From: a virus
Length of the DNA: 64,000 nucleotides
IMG/VR virus record: IMGVR_UViG_3300008259_004660
Coordinates: 1-64,000 of that record
Direction: 5' to 3' (one strand)
Shown here piece by piece: positions 27,507 through 37,812 of the stretch. The translations under genes and the position numbers were made by a program. Numbering within the stretch: position 1 is the first letter of the stretch; the number at the start of each line of letters is the position of its first letter. Under the pieces are notes generated by a model that had not been told where the DNA came from, ran no database searches, and saw nothing but the letters and a program-made list of their open reading frames with translations.

Positions 27507-28090
27507 ATATTGTACAGATAGGAGCAAATGAAGGAAGAGACCATGTCTTTGAACTGGCGTCCACAAATAAGGAAAAACTTAACAAGTTAATTCTTGTTGA
27601 GCCAGTGGTGTTCTTGGAGACAAAATTACGTGAATGTTATTCCGATTTTCCACAGGCAGTATTTGAAATGGTTGGGATTGTTCCAGAATATTCTGATGAA
27701 AAAATGACACTGTATTATCCATTAGAAGGTAATTATGAAACCAGTACATTTGATATAAATCATCTTCTTAATCATGGATGTCCTATGAAAAAAATAGCGA
27801 CGATATCGGTTCCCGTAATGACAATCGACGAATTGATGGAAAAACATAAACTAACTGAAGTTGATTATCTTTTCATCGACGCCGAAAGTATGGATTGTAG
27901 AATACTACAAAGCATAGATTTCAAAAAATATAAGATTAAAAATATACAATTTGAAAGTGAACATTCAGACGGAACAAAAAAACGTGGAAAAAAACTTGAT
28001 GAACTTGTAGAATATCTTAAAAGCAACAATTATGATGTGGTTCGTGGTCCTTGGGCAGACCACAATGCAACACTGATTATAAATCCTTGA
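27503..28090 (+). CDS. FkbM family methyltransferase
   Basis: VQIGANEG, LVEP, LFIDAESMD..IL. Confidence 0.85.
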   Translation: MNIVQIGANEGRDHVFELASTNKEKLNKLILVEPVVFLETKLRECYSDFPQAVFEMVGIVPEYSDEKMTLYYPLEGNYETSTFDINHLLNHGCPMKKIATISVPVMTIDELMEKHKLTEVDYLFIDAESMDCRILQSIDFKKYKIKNIQFESEHSDGTKKRGKKLDELVEYLKSNNYDVVRGPWADHNATLIINP

Positions 28091-28126
28091 CTTAACTTCC
28101 AAACTGATACATTATACCAGAATAAT

Positions 28127-28576
28127 ATGATGAAACAAAAGAAAAAAGCAGCGTATTATGTATCGTTTATAGTTTCGGCAATTGGACTGCCGTTCGCCAT
28201 ATCAGCACTATTGGCATTAAAAGTTCAATGGATGAACGATACGTTGTTATCGGATATATTGAAAACGGCGAGTAACGGTCTTATGATTATGATTGAAATG
28301 TACTTTATATCAGAAATATTCAAATATGATGCGGGGTATACTGAGGTAGTAACTACAGAATATAAACTGTTCAAGTGCAGAGAGTCAGGGAACGATACGG
28401 ATTTTATGATGTTTGCCGACAGTGAAGAAGAATTACAAATTTATTTTGATGTTACTCATCCAAATAAGAAGTTTCTTATTGAAGAAGCTGAAATGAATGC
28501 AAAAAGCATCAAAATGAAGGTTATCAACGGAGATGTGGAGTACGAGGACGATGAAGACCGCAGCGTTCATTCTTAA
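28127..28576 (+). CDS. membrane hypothetical protein
   Basis: two N-terminal TM segments; TTGACT promoter upstream. Confidence 0.55.
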   Translation: MMKQKKKAAYYVSFIVSAIGLPFAISALLALKVQWMNDTLLSDILKTASNGLMIMIEMYFISEIFKYDAGYTEVVTTEYKLFKCRESGNDTDFMMFADSEEELQIYFDVTHPNKKFLIEEAEMNAKSIKMKVINGDVEYEDDEDRSVHS

Positions 28577-29327
28577 TCACAATCTGCCCGATTACACGGA
28601 CATGTTATATGAGTCTCTCAAGCCATATGAGAGGCACGATTATGATTTGTATGTGATCGACAATGGATCTTCACTCGAAGGAAAAAGCAAACACACTTCT
28701 TTTGAGCTTGGAGAAAATGTGTACTTTGGCGGTGGATTCAACGCCGCCATGCAATTTACACTTGAAAATAAACAGTATGACAGCATGTTGTTTCTCAACA
28801 ACGATCTCACAGTACATCCATACAATTTTGTTAGATCATTGCGCGAAGAAATGTACGAAGAAGTATTTTTGGACAAGCTTGGGTATCAGGAACAGAAGTA
28901 CGACATTGTTTCACCATCTTTCTACAATATTGAACCAAATGGACAATGTCATTGGAAAAGTATGCACAGTTGGAGCAGCAAGGATATCAGAGACGTAGAT
29001 TATATTGATTTTCAATGTCCTCTTATTTCTCGCCGCTTACTTGAACAGGTAAAGGAGATTGATTCTGATCTATTGTATGGTTGGGGAATATGCTTCTACT
29101 TTGCTCTTGTGGCAAGAAATAATGGTTATAAACTTGGGATGGTTGACCGCTGTTGTGTATTGCATCACAACTCACTCACAGTAAAGCGGGGCGTGGCTGG
29201 CTTGGATATTAAAACATATTGCATGCGAGCTGAAACGGGTCAGCAGAACTTTTTTTCAAAGAAGAACCTATTGAGAGAATACATTGAACTTAGACGAAAA
29301 GCAGAAAATTATGAATACCGTAGTTGA
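28551..29327 (+). CDS. GT2 glycosyltransferase
   Basis: ILNHN, VIDNGS, YFGGGFN, FLNND. Confidence 0.85.
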   Translation: MKTAAFILNHNLPDYTDMLYESLKPYERHDYDLYVIDNGSSLEGKSKHTSFELGENVYFGGGFNAAMQFTLENKQYDSMLFLNNDLTVHPYNFVRSLREEMYEEVFLDKLGYQEQKYDIVSPSFYNIEPNGQCHWKSMHSWSSKDIRDVDYIDFQCPLISRRLLEQVKEIDSDLLYGWGICFYFALVARNNGYKLGMVDRCCVLHHNSLTVKRGVAGLDIKTYCMRAETGQQNFFSKKNLLREYIELRRKAENYEYRS

Positions 29328-29619
29328 AACACAACTTGAATTTGATTTCATGAAGCCTACACAGGCTGATTTGAAATTTGACACGGACTTGTATATCAGA
29401 AACAACAGTTCCAGTAAACTAATAGCATTCTGTCCCACTTATAAAGTAATTTTTCATAACGCCGATGGAGAAGTTGGCGTGTTGGATTGGTCAGATGGCA
29501 CAATGAAATTCAGAGGAGATGCCGATGCTGCTGGACAATTATTCTTCGATCATATCATAAAGCAGCATGTTCAGATGGCATTTCAGTTTGAAAGCCAAAA
29601 GAGTGGATGGAAATCATGA
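29311..29619 (+). CDS. hypothetical protein
   Basis: coupled ORF in island. Confidence 0.5.
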   Translation: MNTVVETQLEFDFMKPTQADLKFDTDLYIRNNSSSKLIAFCPTYKVIFHNADGEVGVLDWSDGTMKFRGDADAAGQLFFDHIIKQHVQMAFQFESQKSGWKS

Positions 29620-30500
29620 GTGAAACAAAATATACTTGGATTATCAACACATACAAAAGCCTGCCATATTTGAAGCTGGCGATTGAATCTATTCGTGAAA
29701 ATGCTCATTATCCAAATCAACCAATCATTGTATACACAGAAAACGACGAAGAGACATATGAATGGCTGAAACAACAAAATGATATAGAAACCATTTATGA
29801 AAAAAATGAAGTTCCAAAAGGAATTGGTGGTGGAGTAAATGAAGCCGTCAAACGAGTTAAAACAGAGTTCTTTAGTCTTATACACAGCGATTTTTACATC
29901 AGTAGGCATTATGATGCTCCACTGTTTGATCTTGTATCTAATACTGAAAAGCCCCTCGTAGCATGTTCTTGGAGACTTGAACCAAATATATTCAATAATC
30001 AGGATAGGCTTGGTACAATATTTTCCCCACCAGATACAATCGGTGGATTTGGAGCATATCATCATGATTTCAAAAAGAGTGAATTTCTTGATTGGGCAGA
30101 TTATTATTTCTCTATATCAAACGCTCCCACATTCAGAAAAGTTGAGGGAGTATCATACATGATGCGTACAAAATATTTTGTGCCAAATGATTCTCGCTTT
30201 GCCCCAAGTTCATTTGAAGATCATATGCAAAGTGTGATTATGCAGTTGAAAGGATATGACTTCGCCGTATATGGAAGTGCGGTTGCTTGGCATTTTGGAG
30301 CACGCAGCAGCCATTTTCTTGGTCAACATGATAAGTTGACTGGGACATCTGATCGACAGAAACAAAGTGAAGCAAAAAACATTCGTACATGGGTTGGTTT
30401 GTGGGGAGAGCCTCCATCATATGATGAAGTTGGGTTTATAAAAGTAACAGAACAAATGCGTCAACGCTATATAAACAATAAGGACTTGTATCTATCATGA
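29616..30500 (+). CDS. GT2 glycosyltransferase
   Basis: IINTYKS, LIHSDF, FEDH, HFGARSSH. Confidence 0.8.
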   Translation: MSETKYTWIINTYKSLPYLKLAIESIRENAHYPNQPIIVYTENDEETYEWLKQQNDIETIYEKNEVPKGIGGGVNEAVKRVKTEFFSLIHSDFYISRHYDAPLFDLVSNTEKPLVACSWRLEPNIFNNQDRLGTIFSPPDTIGGFGAYHHDFKKSEFLDWADYYFSISNAPTFRKVEGVSYMMRTKYFVPNDSRFAPSSFEDHMQSVIMQLKGYDFAVYGSAVAWHFGARSSHFLGQHDKLTGTSDRQKQSEAKNIRTWVGLWGEPPSYDEVGFIKVTEQMRQRYINNKDLYLS

Positions 30501-30682
30501 CGGAGGCAGCGCAGAACTATTTTAAAACGTATTACAAGCTTCAACGTTTTTTTGATGAACAGATAAACGATAAGAAACTTGAAAGCGAGCTTAAAACAAA
30601 ACTTAATGAGGCTTACGCTCAAATGACAGAGAAAGAACGTGAACTACTTGACATTGTGGGTAAAAACAATATAAAGGAATGA
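30497..30682 (+). CDS. hypothetical protein
   Basis: coupled ORF. Confidence 0.5.
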   Translation: MTEAAQNYFKTYYKLQRFFDEQINDKKLESELKTKLNEAYAQMTEKERELLDIVGKNNIKE

Positions 30683-31890
30683 TGAAATATACAGCAAAAG
30701 ATGTATCGTTTATTATGCCATCGTATAATACGTTAAATTATACCCTGATGGCGTACAGAAGTTTACGAGAATATTACCCAGAAAATGAAATAATTGTACT
30801 TGATGATGGAAGTACAGATGGTAGCGCAGATTATTTAGAAGCGCAGATTAAACTTGACGACAATCTTCGTATTTGGATAAATAAAACTGGCAATATTCTT
30901 GGTCATACTATCACATATGATATGGGAATCAAGATGGCTAAAAATCCTCTAGTTACTATCTTTCACAGTGATATGATCTGTGGTAAGAATTATCTTGAGA
31001 ATATGCTCAAGCATTACAAGGAAAAAACAGTAATATGTGCCACAAGAATTGAACCAGAGGGAATATACCCATCTGGAAAAGAAAAGATACTAAAACCATT
31101 TGGAATTGAGTTTCATGAATTTAAACGTGAAGAGTTTAATGCATTTGTTGAACAAGAACAAAAAGAAAGCGAAGATAAAATCACAAAAGGAATATTTGCA
31201 CCGTGGTTGATAAGTAAGAATGACTTTCTTGATATCGGTGGGCATGATGCAAAAAGTTTCGCACCGTATCCAGAAGAAGATGCAGATTTATTTCTAAGGT
31301 ATCATCTTGCTGGATATAACCTAATACAAAGTAGAGACAGCTTATGTTGGCATTGGATCAGCAGAGGGCATAGAAGTTGGGCCAAGAATGGTGTGGGCAA
31401 AGACGACAGCATGTTTCAATTTTATCAAACAAGAGCAAGGCGCAATTATCTTCGCAAGTGGCACAAATGGATGAGTTTTGATGTCGATCATCATCCAATA
31501 TCACACCCTGTGTATAATGTGGGATTTGTATTAACCGATGTAGTGTCTGAAGATTTTCTTCATTTTGTAGAGCCTTGGGCTTCAAATATCTTTGTTGATA
31601 ACATGGTTTGCGCTGAAAGATATATTGAAAGAGAACAGCCAACTACAAAGGTTGATTTGAGGTCAAGAATTCTAAATCATGGATACATCGATCAAACAAA
31701 TAATGACATCCTACTGTATTTTAGCCAAAAAGAATTCATGGTTTCAGGTAATGATAATGCCGCCATCATAATGAAACTTACAGACATATTGTCAGAAGGC
31801 GTGGAAAATAATTCCGAACTTGAGCTTGGTATATTCAAAATGAAAACAAAAACTGTGAAGGATATCCGCAACTCTCTTATTAAGATATGA
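30679..31890 (+). CDS. GT2 glycosyltransferase with C-terminal extension
   Basis: FIMPSYN, LDDGSTDGS, FHSDM, EEDAD, HWISRG. Confidence 0.9.
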   Translation: MMKYTAKDVSFIMPSYNTLNYTLMAYRSLREYYPENEIIVLDDGSTDGSADYLEAQIKLDDNLRIWINKTGNILGHTITYDMGIKMAKNPLVTIFHSDMICGKNYLENMLKHYKEKTVICATRIEPEGIYPSGKEKILKPFGIEFHEFKREEFNAFVEQEQKESEDKITKGIFAPWLISKNDFLDIGGHDAKSFAPYPEEDADLFLRYHLAGYNLIQSRDSLCWHWISRGHRSWAKNGVGKDDSMFQFYQTRARRNYLRKWHKWMSFDVDHHPISHPVYNVGFVLTDVVSEDFLHFVEPWASNIFVDNMVCAERYIEREQPTTKVDLRSRILNHGYIDQTNNDILLYFSQKEFMVSGNDNAAIIMKLTDILSEGVENNSELELGIFKMKTKTVKDIRNSLIKI

Positions 31891-32195
31891 ACTACGACAA
31901 CCTTTTCATTTTCATTATTACACATGTAAAACAGTTGGGGGGAAATGGGCGAGGTGTTGTGGTTATAAGACAAACTCCTATATTGGAAATAACTAAGCTA
32001 TTTGATTTATTCTTATCGCGTGAAGATATTTCTAAAATAATGAAGTTTAAGAAAATCACCGACGATCAAAATCCAAATATGGTTGTATATCAGACAGAAG
32101 GAACAGAAGAACATATTGTGTTTGGAATTAGTGAACAGGGTTGGAAAGGAGATTATGGCTTGACACATAACGATATGGTTGTTAGCATCCATTGA
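31887..32195 (+). CDS. hypothetical protein
   Basis: coupled ORF. Confidence 0.5.
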   Translation: MNYDNLFIFIITHVKQLGGNGRGVVVIRQTPILEITKLFDLFLSREDISKIMKFKKITDDQNPNMVVYQTEGTEEHIVFGISEQGWKGDYGLTHNDMVVSIH

Positions 32196-32197
32196 TT

Positions 32198-32923
32198 ATG
32201 AAAGTAAAATACTATATTAAAAACGTTGATGGAGTCATCGTACCAAAGCGAGCAAATGAAAGTGACGCTGGATATGATGTAATTGCAACCAGCGGACCAA
32301 AGATAACGGGCGAAGTGTATTCTGGTCCATCATACAAGCGAATCGATTATATTGAATACGAAACAAATCTATACATCGCACCAGATTCAAAGTTTCATAC
32401 GGATCTCAGAGCAAGAAGTAGTATCAGTAAATATAATCTTGTGCTTGCCAATTCTGTTGGATTAATTGATCGTGGATATAGAAATCAAGTCCTTGCCAGA
32501 TTCAAGTATATTTGGAATCCAGAGGATTATTCCATATCAGATGGTGCGATTTTTGGAATACCTAATATTTCCAAGATATATCAAAAGGGAGACAAAATTT
32601 GTCAATTGGTTCCTATGGAAACTCATGCGATTGACTTTACTTTAGTGAAAGACCTAGATGGCGAAGATCGCGGAGGCGGATTTGGAAGCACGGATAAACC
32701 ATCACAGAGACCGATTAGTACTGAATTTCAACTGAAAGAAAGAACAACTGTTGGTAAATTCCTTGCAGGACAAAATCCAGCCAAGATTGAAATTGCAAAA
32801 TCATATTATTCAAATTATCAAGGAGAATTGTATGTGTATGAAGAAAATGGAATGAGAGGGCTTTGTGTAATAGATGCATCTGGAGAAATACTCATAAAGA
32901 CTCCAATTGAAAGAATTTCGTAA
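32198..32923 (+). CDS. dut: trimeric dUTPase with C-terminal extension
   Basis: DAGYD, RSSIS, GLIDRGYR, GDKICQL, RGGGFGST. Confidence 0.92.
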   Translation: MKVKYYIKNVDGVIVPKRANESDAGYDVIATSGPKITGEVYSGPSYKRIDYIEYETNLYIAPDSKFHTDLRARSSISKYNLVLANSVGLIDRGYRNQVLARFKYIWNPEDYSISDGAIFGIPNISKIYQKGDKICQLVPMETHAIDFTLVKDLDGEDRGGGFGSTDKPSQRPISTEFQLKERTTVGKFLAGQNPAKIEIAKSYYSNYQGELYVYEENGMRGLCVIDASGEILIKTPIERIS

Positions 32924-32929
32924 AAAAAC

Positions 32930-32960
32930 AAACCCACCAAATACGGTGGGTTTTTCTTTT
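32930..32960 (+). terminator. intrinsic terminator
   Basis: AAACCCACC/GGTGGGTTT plus T run. Confidence 0.85.
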
Positions 32961-32997
32961 GTGTCAAATATTTATATGTGGATATGCTAAAAAACAT

Positions 32998-33153
32998 ATG
33001 AGTAAAAAAAATGATAGATACAAGGAAGATTATTCCAACGTCGATATAGAAGAATTGGACGAAATTGAAACAGAAAAATTTGAAAAATTTCGTCCTAAAA
33101 AGAAGAAAAATAAAAAACCAATACACAAAGATACTCAACACGATGACGAATGA
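32998..33153 (+). CDS. small charged hypothetical protein
   Basis: MSKKNDRYKEDY... Confidence 0.5.
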   Translation: MSKKNDRYKEDYSNVDIEELDEIETEKFEKFRPKKKKNKKPIHKDTQHDDE

Positions 33154-33323
33154 GTGTCGATGACAAGTGTATAGATTATTTGGAAATGTTCCGAGATGGA
33201 AAATATCTTGAACTCTCTGAATGTTTGAAAAATGAAAACGCCGCTGTCGTAGCGGCGTTTTGTTATTACTTGTCAAAGTACGAGGGTGTCGTACATTTGG
33301 ATTTTGTTCGCAAGCTTCTTTAA
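33150..33323 (+). CDS. 57-aa hypothetical protein
   Basis: ATGA overlap with previous ORF; MSVDDKCIDYLEMF...; below ORF-track cutoff. Confidence 0.45.
   Translation: MSVDDKCIDYLEMFRDGKYLELSECLKNENAAVVAAFCYYLSKYEGVVHLDFVRKLL
33235..33261. terminator. hairpin, probable terminator for guaC (minus strand)
   Basis: AAAACGCCGCT-GTCGT-AGCGGCGTTTT. Confidence 0.65.
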
Positions 33324-34318
33324 CGGCGTGGATAAACAACCCCCCAATCAGCCAAACGAATATCACCACCAGCATATGACATGCTGCTTTGTAGACTTTC
33401 TGTCATTTCGTTTAGCTTTTGGTGAACGAAAAACCCATTACATTCAAGAGAAACAAGTCTACCTTCAACGTGAACATTCTTTCCCTTGTTTATTGCAGAA
33501 GCGGAGCCAAAATATTGCTTATATTTTTTGTCTCCCTTTACAACTGTCTCAGCAGGTGAGTCTTCACAAGCAGCAAACACACTACCCACCATAACCATTG
33601 TACCACCAGCACGAATAGCCTTCGCAATATCTCCATTCATACGAATACCACCATCAGCGATAAGTGGTTTACGAGCGGCAGCAGAGCATTCAAGCATACA
33701 ACTAAACATTGGGAGACCGAACCCAGTTTGACCATATGTTGTGCATGCGTCGCCTTGAGCAATACCAACCTTTACAGCATCGGCACCCCAATTTTCAAGA
33801 TCAACAACAGCGGCAGGAGTAGCAACATTGCCGGCAATTATGAATGGCTTATCCAACGAGCAGTTCTTGCTACGATACATTGTAAGAATATATGAAAGCA
33901 TTTCTTTCATACGAATACTGTGAGCGTGGGCAATATCAATAGTGATATAATCAATACGAAGATTTTGTTTGATACAGTGGTCAATCAGATCCATATCTTC
34001 TTGTTTAACACCAAGACTGATACTGATAGTTTTCCACTTGTCTATATTTGCCTGTTCAATAAAGCGAATATTATCTGTATTTGGCGTGTCATAATGATTA
34101 GCATTAAAGCGATGCATTACGTAAAAGTAATCATTGTCGCTCATCCATAATGCCAACTTTTGATTTATGGTACATTTCATGTTTGCCGGAATTACAGGCA
34201 TTCTGAACTTTCTATTACCTAATTCGACCGAAACATCCGCTTCAGATCTCGAATGATATTTTGAGTATTGCGGTTTTAGGAATACATCTTGATACGATAG
34301 ATATTGTGCTTTTTGCAT
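33320..34318 (-). CDS. guaC: GMP reductase
   Basis: PVIPANM, YVMHRF, IDIAHAH, KVGIAQGDACTT, IADGGIR..GDIAKA; lacks CBS subdomain. Confidence 0.88.
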   Translation of the reverse strand: MQKAQYLSYQDVFLKPQYSKYHSRSEADVSVELGNRKFRMPVIPANMKCTINQKLALWMSDNDYFYVMHRFNANHYDTPNTDNIRFIEQANIDKWKTISISLGVKQEDMDLIDHCIKQNLRIDYITIDIAHAHSIRMKEMLSYILTMYRSKNCSLDKPFIIAGNVATPAAVVDLENWGADAVKVGIAQGDACTTYGQTGFGLPMFSCMLECSAAARKPLIADGGIRMNGDIAKAIRAGGTMVMVGSVFAACEDSPAETVVKGDKKYKQYFGSASAINKGKNVHVEGRLVSLECNGFFVHQKLNEMTESLQSSMSYAGGDIRLADWGVVYPRR

Positions 34319-34403
34319 ATATGTTTTTAATTGAACCGTGATATACTCTACCAAATATTACTAAATCGTCAATTTAAATAAAGTCGTATATATTTATTAA
34401 TGT

Positions 34404-34829
34404 ATGAACGCCAAATTAGTCATGGTAAAAGGATGCCCCGAACTTGATGAGTTCGAGCTAAAACTTATTGCCAAGTATGTAAAATACTGCATAGAGCAGT
34501 TAGGTTTGGAAAAACAAGACATCAAGATCAGATTGCTTGGTAAAAATCCAAATGAACCTATTACAACTGGCTGCTATAACCCATCAGACAAAACAATATC
34601 AAGTATAGCTGGCGGCAGACATATGATTGATTATTGTCGTACAATTGCTCATGAACTTGCTCATATGAAACAAGACGTTGATGGTAGAATAAATGGAAAG
34701 CAGGAAGAGATTGGCGGCGAGATAGAAGATGAAGCCAACGTTTTGAGTGGTAGATATACCAAACACTTTATCAAGAACATACTGACGGCAGAAGAAAAAC
34801 AAAAACTTGGATTGGGTTCATACAAATAA
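34404..34829 (+). CDS. putative zinc metallopeptidase (HExxH)
   Basis: RTIAHELAHMKQ...EDEAN. Confidence 0.7.
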   Translation: MNAKLVMVKGCPELDEFELKLIAKYVKYCIEQLGLEKQDIKIRLLGKNPNEPITTGCYNPSDKTISSIAGGRHMIDYCRTIAHELAHMKQDVDGRINGKQEEIGGEIEDEANVLSGRYTKHFIKNILTAEEKQKLGLGSYK

Positions 34830-34976
34830 TGTTTGATAAGTTTGTAAAAGTAGCAAAGAACACACTTACTGTTATATTGCTTGTATTATTATTGGTGATG
34901 TTCTTCGGTGCGGTAATGTGATATATAAAAAGATGTATTAGTTGATCTGGTTTATATTTATATAAAGACCATATAT

Positions 34977-35288
34977 ATGAACGAAAATTGGAGCACAATG
35001 AACATGGATGCATTTTATCCTCGCGGAAAAAGCAAGGATGAAGTAAGTATGAATGACATCAACAATCTTCTTAAAGGTCGTTCGTATACCCAAGAACCAC
35101 TGGCATATAATCAAATACAGGAACACGATCCAAACGATATAAGAGAACTTGAAGAATATTGCCAAAAGCGTGGTATACTTGGTGTAAATTTTGGCGGAAG
35201 AAACCCAAAAGCCGTGCTGCAAATGCTAAAAGCAAGAATGGGTGAACGCAGCGAGCCAACAATCAAAAGAGGAATACTAAATGGATAA
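34977..35288 (+). CDS. hypothetical protein
   Basis: ORF with ATATTTAT motif upstream. Confidence 0.55.
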   Translation: MNENWSTMNMDAFYPRGKSKDEVSMNDINNLLKGRSYTQEPLAYNQIQEHDPNDIRELEEYCQKRGILGVNFGGRNPKAVLQMLKARMGERSEPTIKRGILNG

Positions 35289-36141
35289 ATCAATTGCAGA
35301 ATATTTTGTTGGACAATCTGGTGGATATGGCGGCGGAGCTATGACAGGCGGTGCGGTAGCTCCAACAAATTGGGCTGGAACATTTTCGAGTAATCAAACA
35401 TCTCGTCGTTTGAATGACTATCCAGCAAGTCGTCGCTACACATATATGCAAGGCAACACTGTGATTGGTAGTTCGCTATATGATACCATAACAAGCGACG
35501 ATCTTAAACATCCAAGATTTTCTCCACAAGAAATATTCACGGGACTTAGAAAAGAAATGAGCAGAATGGAATATCCAGACAAGGATGTGGCAAAACAAAC
35601 TGTGTTGAAAAATCTGGACTCAGACCCAAAATATTACAGCGATCTACACATGTATTTTAATTCAGATAAAGAAGGAAGCACTATTATGGAAAACATTGAT
35701 CAAAATGAACTAAAAATTGGTATTCAAGTTGAAAAAGAACATACTCAAGATGAAGCATTGGCAACCAAAATTGCTATGGATCATTTAAAAGAGGATCCAA
35801 AATATTACACTAAACTCAAAGCAGCTGGACTTGAAGAATATGGTAATATGGACATTGGAAATGTGTCACCAATTGCACCATCAATTGCCGTGGTAAAATT
35901 GGCAGCACCTGTTATTGGCGCGGTAATGGGTGGGAACGATGATCAAGAAAAATTGACCAGTTCTGGTTTGGGATCTTCCGGAGTTCCAAAGCCTCTTAAG
36001 AGTGATAAGTTAGAGGCACCCGAGGAAAGCAATAAAGTTGGTCCGAACAGTGTCGCCGTATCAAAGACACCTCCTATTGGTGGTCAAGCTATGTGCGATC
36101 CGTTGGATCACTATGGTGCGCAGATGAATGAAAAATGGTAA
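35281..36141 (+). CDS. DUF5661-like protein
   Basis: ELKIGIQVEKEHT...IAMDHLKEDPKYYTKL; second DPKYY copy upstream. Confidence 0.7.
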   Translation: MDKSIAEYFVGQSGGYGGGAMTGGAVAPTNWAGTFSSNQTSRRLNDYPASRRYTYMQGNTVIGSSLYDTITSDDLKHPRFSPQEIFTGLRKEMSRMEYPDKDVAKQTVLKNLDSDPKYYSDLHMYFNSDKEGSTIMENIDQNELKIGIQVEKEHTQDEALATKIAMDHLKEDPKYYTKLKAAGLEEYGNMDIGNVSPIAPSIAVVKLAAPVIGAVMGGNDDQEKLTSSGLGSSGVPKPLKSDKLEAPEESNKVGPNSVAVSKTPPIGGQAMCDPLDHYGAQMNEKW

Positions 36142-36494
36142 ACTTGGACCCAATTGATCATTATTGCTCCTTTATTCAAAAAATAACTGAAGGAGGAGCA
36201 AAATTGACCACACCGCGTGGACACGAGGGTCTGACTACAGACATGAAAGGTAGATGGACAATTGGCACGTTTGATACATCAAAGAAAAACAAGAAAGAAA
36301 CACCTCCAATGAAAGAAGCAGTTTACGCTAACAACGCAGGAATAATGGAAGTATTCAAATTTTTTGAAGTGGCATCGGATGATCAAAAAACTCAATTTGA
36401 TAATCTTGTAAGCAGCGGAAATCACAAATTGGCATTGCAGTTGGTTGAAAAAGTTTTAGGAATAAAATTTCAAGGAGATTTAACTTCTCAATAA
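36135..36494 (+). CDS. hypothetical protein
   Basis: coupled ORF. Confidence 0.5.
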   Translation: MVNLDPIDHYCSFIQKITEGGAKLTTPRGHEGLTTDMKGRWTIGTFDTSKKNKKETPPMKEAVYANNAGIMEVFKFFEVASDDQKTQFDNLVSSGNHKLALQLVEKVLGIKFQGDLTSQ

Positions 36495-36520
36495 AGGTCA
36501 CATAAACAAATGAATAAAAA

Positions 36521-36781
36521 ATGATTAATCCTATTTTGCGCCACGAAGAATCATCAAAAACGGTTCATATTTGCGCGTGGTGCGATGATAGCGGTGTACT
36601 AACCAAAGAATATAAAGATCAGGGATACTATACAACACACGGAGCTTGCAAATTTCACTTTGAGCAAGTAATCGACGAAACAATTAAATTTTATGAAAAA
36701 AACGGTTTTAGTATTGGTAATGACGATATACACGCTGATGTTTCTTCCAGCGTGCAACACGATCCAAAATTTCCTATATAA
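36521..36781 (+). CDS. small Cys/His phage protein
   Basis: CAWC...THGAC motif. Confidence 0.5.
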   Translation: MINPILRHEESSKTVHICAWCDDSGVLTKEYKDQGYYTTHGACKFHFEQVIDETIKFYEKNGFSIGNDDIHADVSSSVQHDPKFPI

Positions 36782-37763
36782 CAACGGCTATACAAAAAGA
36801 TCTGATGTTGAAAATCAAATCAAATCTTTGGAAGAAAAACATAAGAAGGAAGTTTCCGAAAAAGTAAAAGATGTTCAAACCAAGCTTGAGAAAACAATAG
36901 AATCTCAAGACAACCAACTTCAAGAAGGTGCCAATAAACTTTACGGTGCCAATGAAGCATTTAAATTTTACAAAAATCCAGAAAGACTGGACCTTATCAT
37001 AAACAACAGAGTAACAGAGGCACAAGCTGCAATAGGAAAACAACCAACATACAAAGCCGTACAAGAAGAGAATGAGCGACTCAAAAAAGAATTGGATGAA
37101 AAACTTACATCACTAGACGATCTTAGAAAGAAACATAATGAAGTAATAGCGGAAAATGTGAAATTATCTGAGGCAACATCAACTGCAAAGAAGGAAGTCG
37201 AAATAGCAAAAGCAGAATGGTTAAAGATTGAGCAAAAATACATATCGGACTCAACACTTCTACAAAGCAAGTTGAAGGAGGCAAATGATAGGATCATACA
37301 AATGGAAAAAGAGAAGGGAGATAATGCGGCGGCAATTGAAAGAATGAAAACCAAACTCATGATTGGATGTGGAATAGCAGCGGCAATATGTGTGATTGGA
37401 ACAATATATTCTCCTGTTGGCAAAGGTTCATTGGCAATAGCCGCTGCTGTATTTGGCGGAGCAGCCGCTGCCATACCATTCATAGAAGGTTGGATGATAT
37501 TGATTGGTGTACTTGCAGTTGCACTAATCATTACCGCTATATTCTTATACAAACATCATGTGGCGGATAAAACAAGTGACAATCTTATCAATCACATACA
37601 AGACATGAAAGAAAATCCAAACATATCTGATGATGTGAAGAAAATGTTAAAGGAAAGTCTTACACAATGGAACAGCAAATATATTGATGGTAAATCAACA
37701 ACCACGGATATATCGGTGGAAAACTATATAAAATCAAAGCTCAAGACTCATGGAAGGCTTTGA
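36693..37763 (+). CDS. putative lipoprotein with long coiled coil and C-terminal TM helices
   Basis: MKKTVLVLVMTIYTLMFLPA|C, heptad region, hydrophobic helices near C-terminus. Confidence 0.6.
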   Translation: MKKTVLVLVMTIYTLMFLPACNTIQNFLYNNGYTKRSDVENQIKSLEEKHKKEVSEKVKDVQTKLEKTIESQDNQLQEGANKLYGANEAFKFYKNPERLDLIINNRVTEAQAAIGKQPTYKAVQEENERLKKELDEKLTSLDDLRKKHNEVIAENVKLSEATSTAKKEVEIAKAEWLKIEQKYISDSTLLQSKLKEANDRIIQMEKEKGDNAAAIERMKTKLMIGCGIAAAICVIGTIYSPVGKGSLAIAAAVFGGAAAAIPFIEGWMILIGVLAVALIITAIFLYKHHVADKTSDNLINHIQDMKENPNISDDVKKMLKESLTQWNSKYIDGKSTTTDISVENYIKSKLKTHGRL

Positions 37764-37812
37764 GTTATTATGAATTGACACAATCACACTTATGTTGGAT
37801 ACTATATCCATC

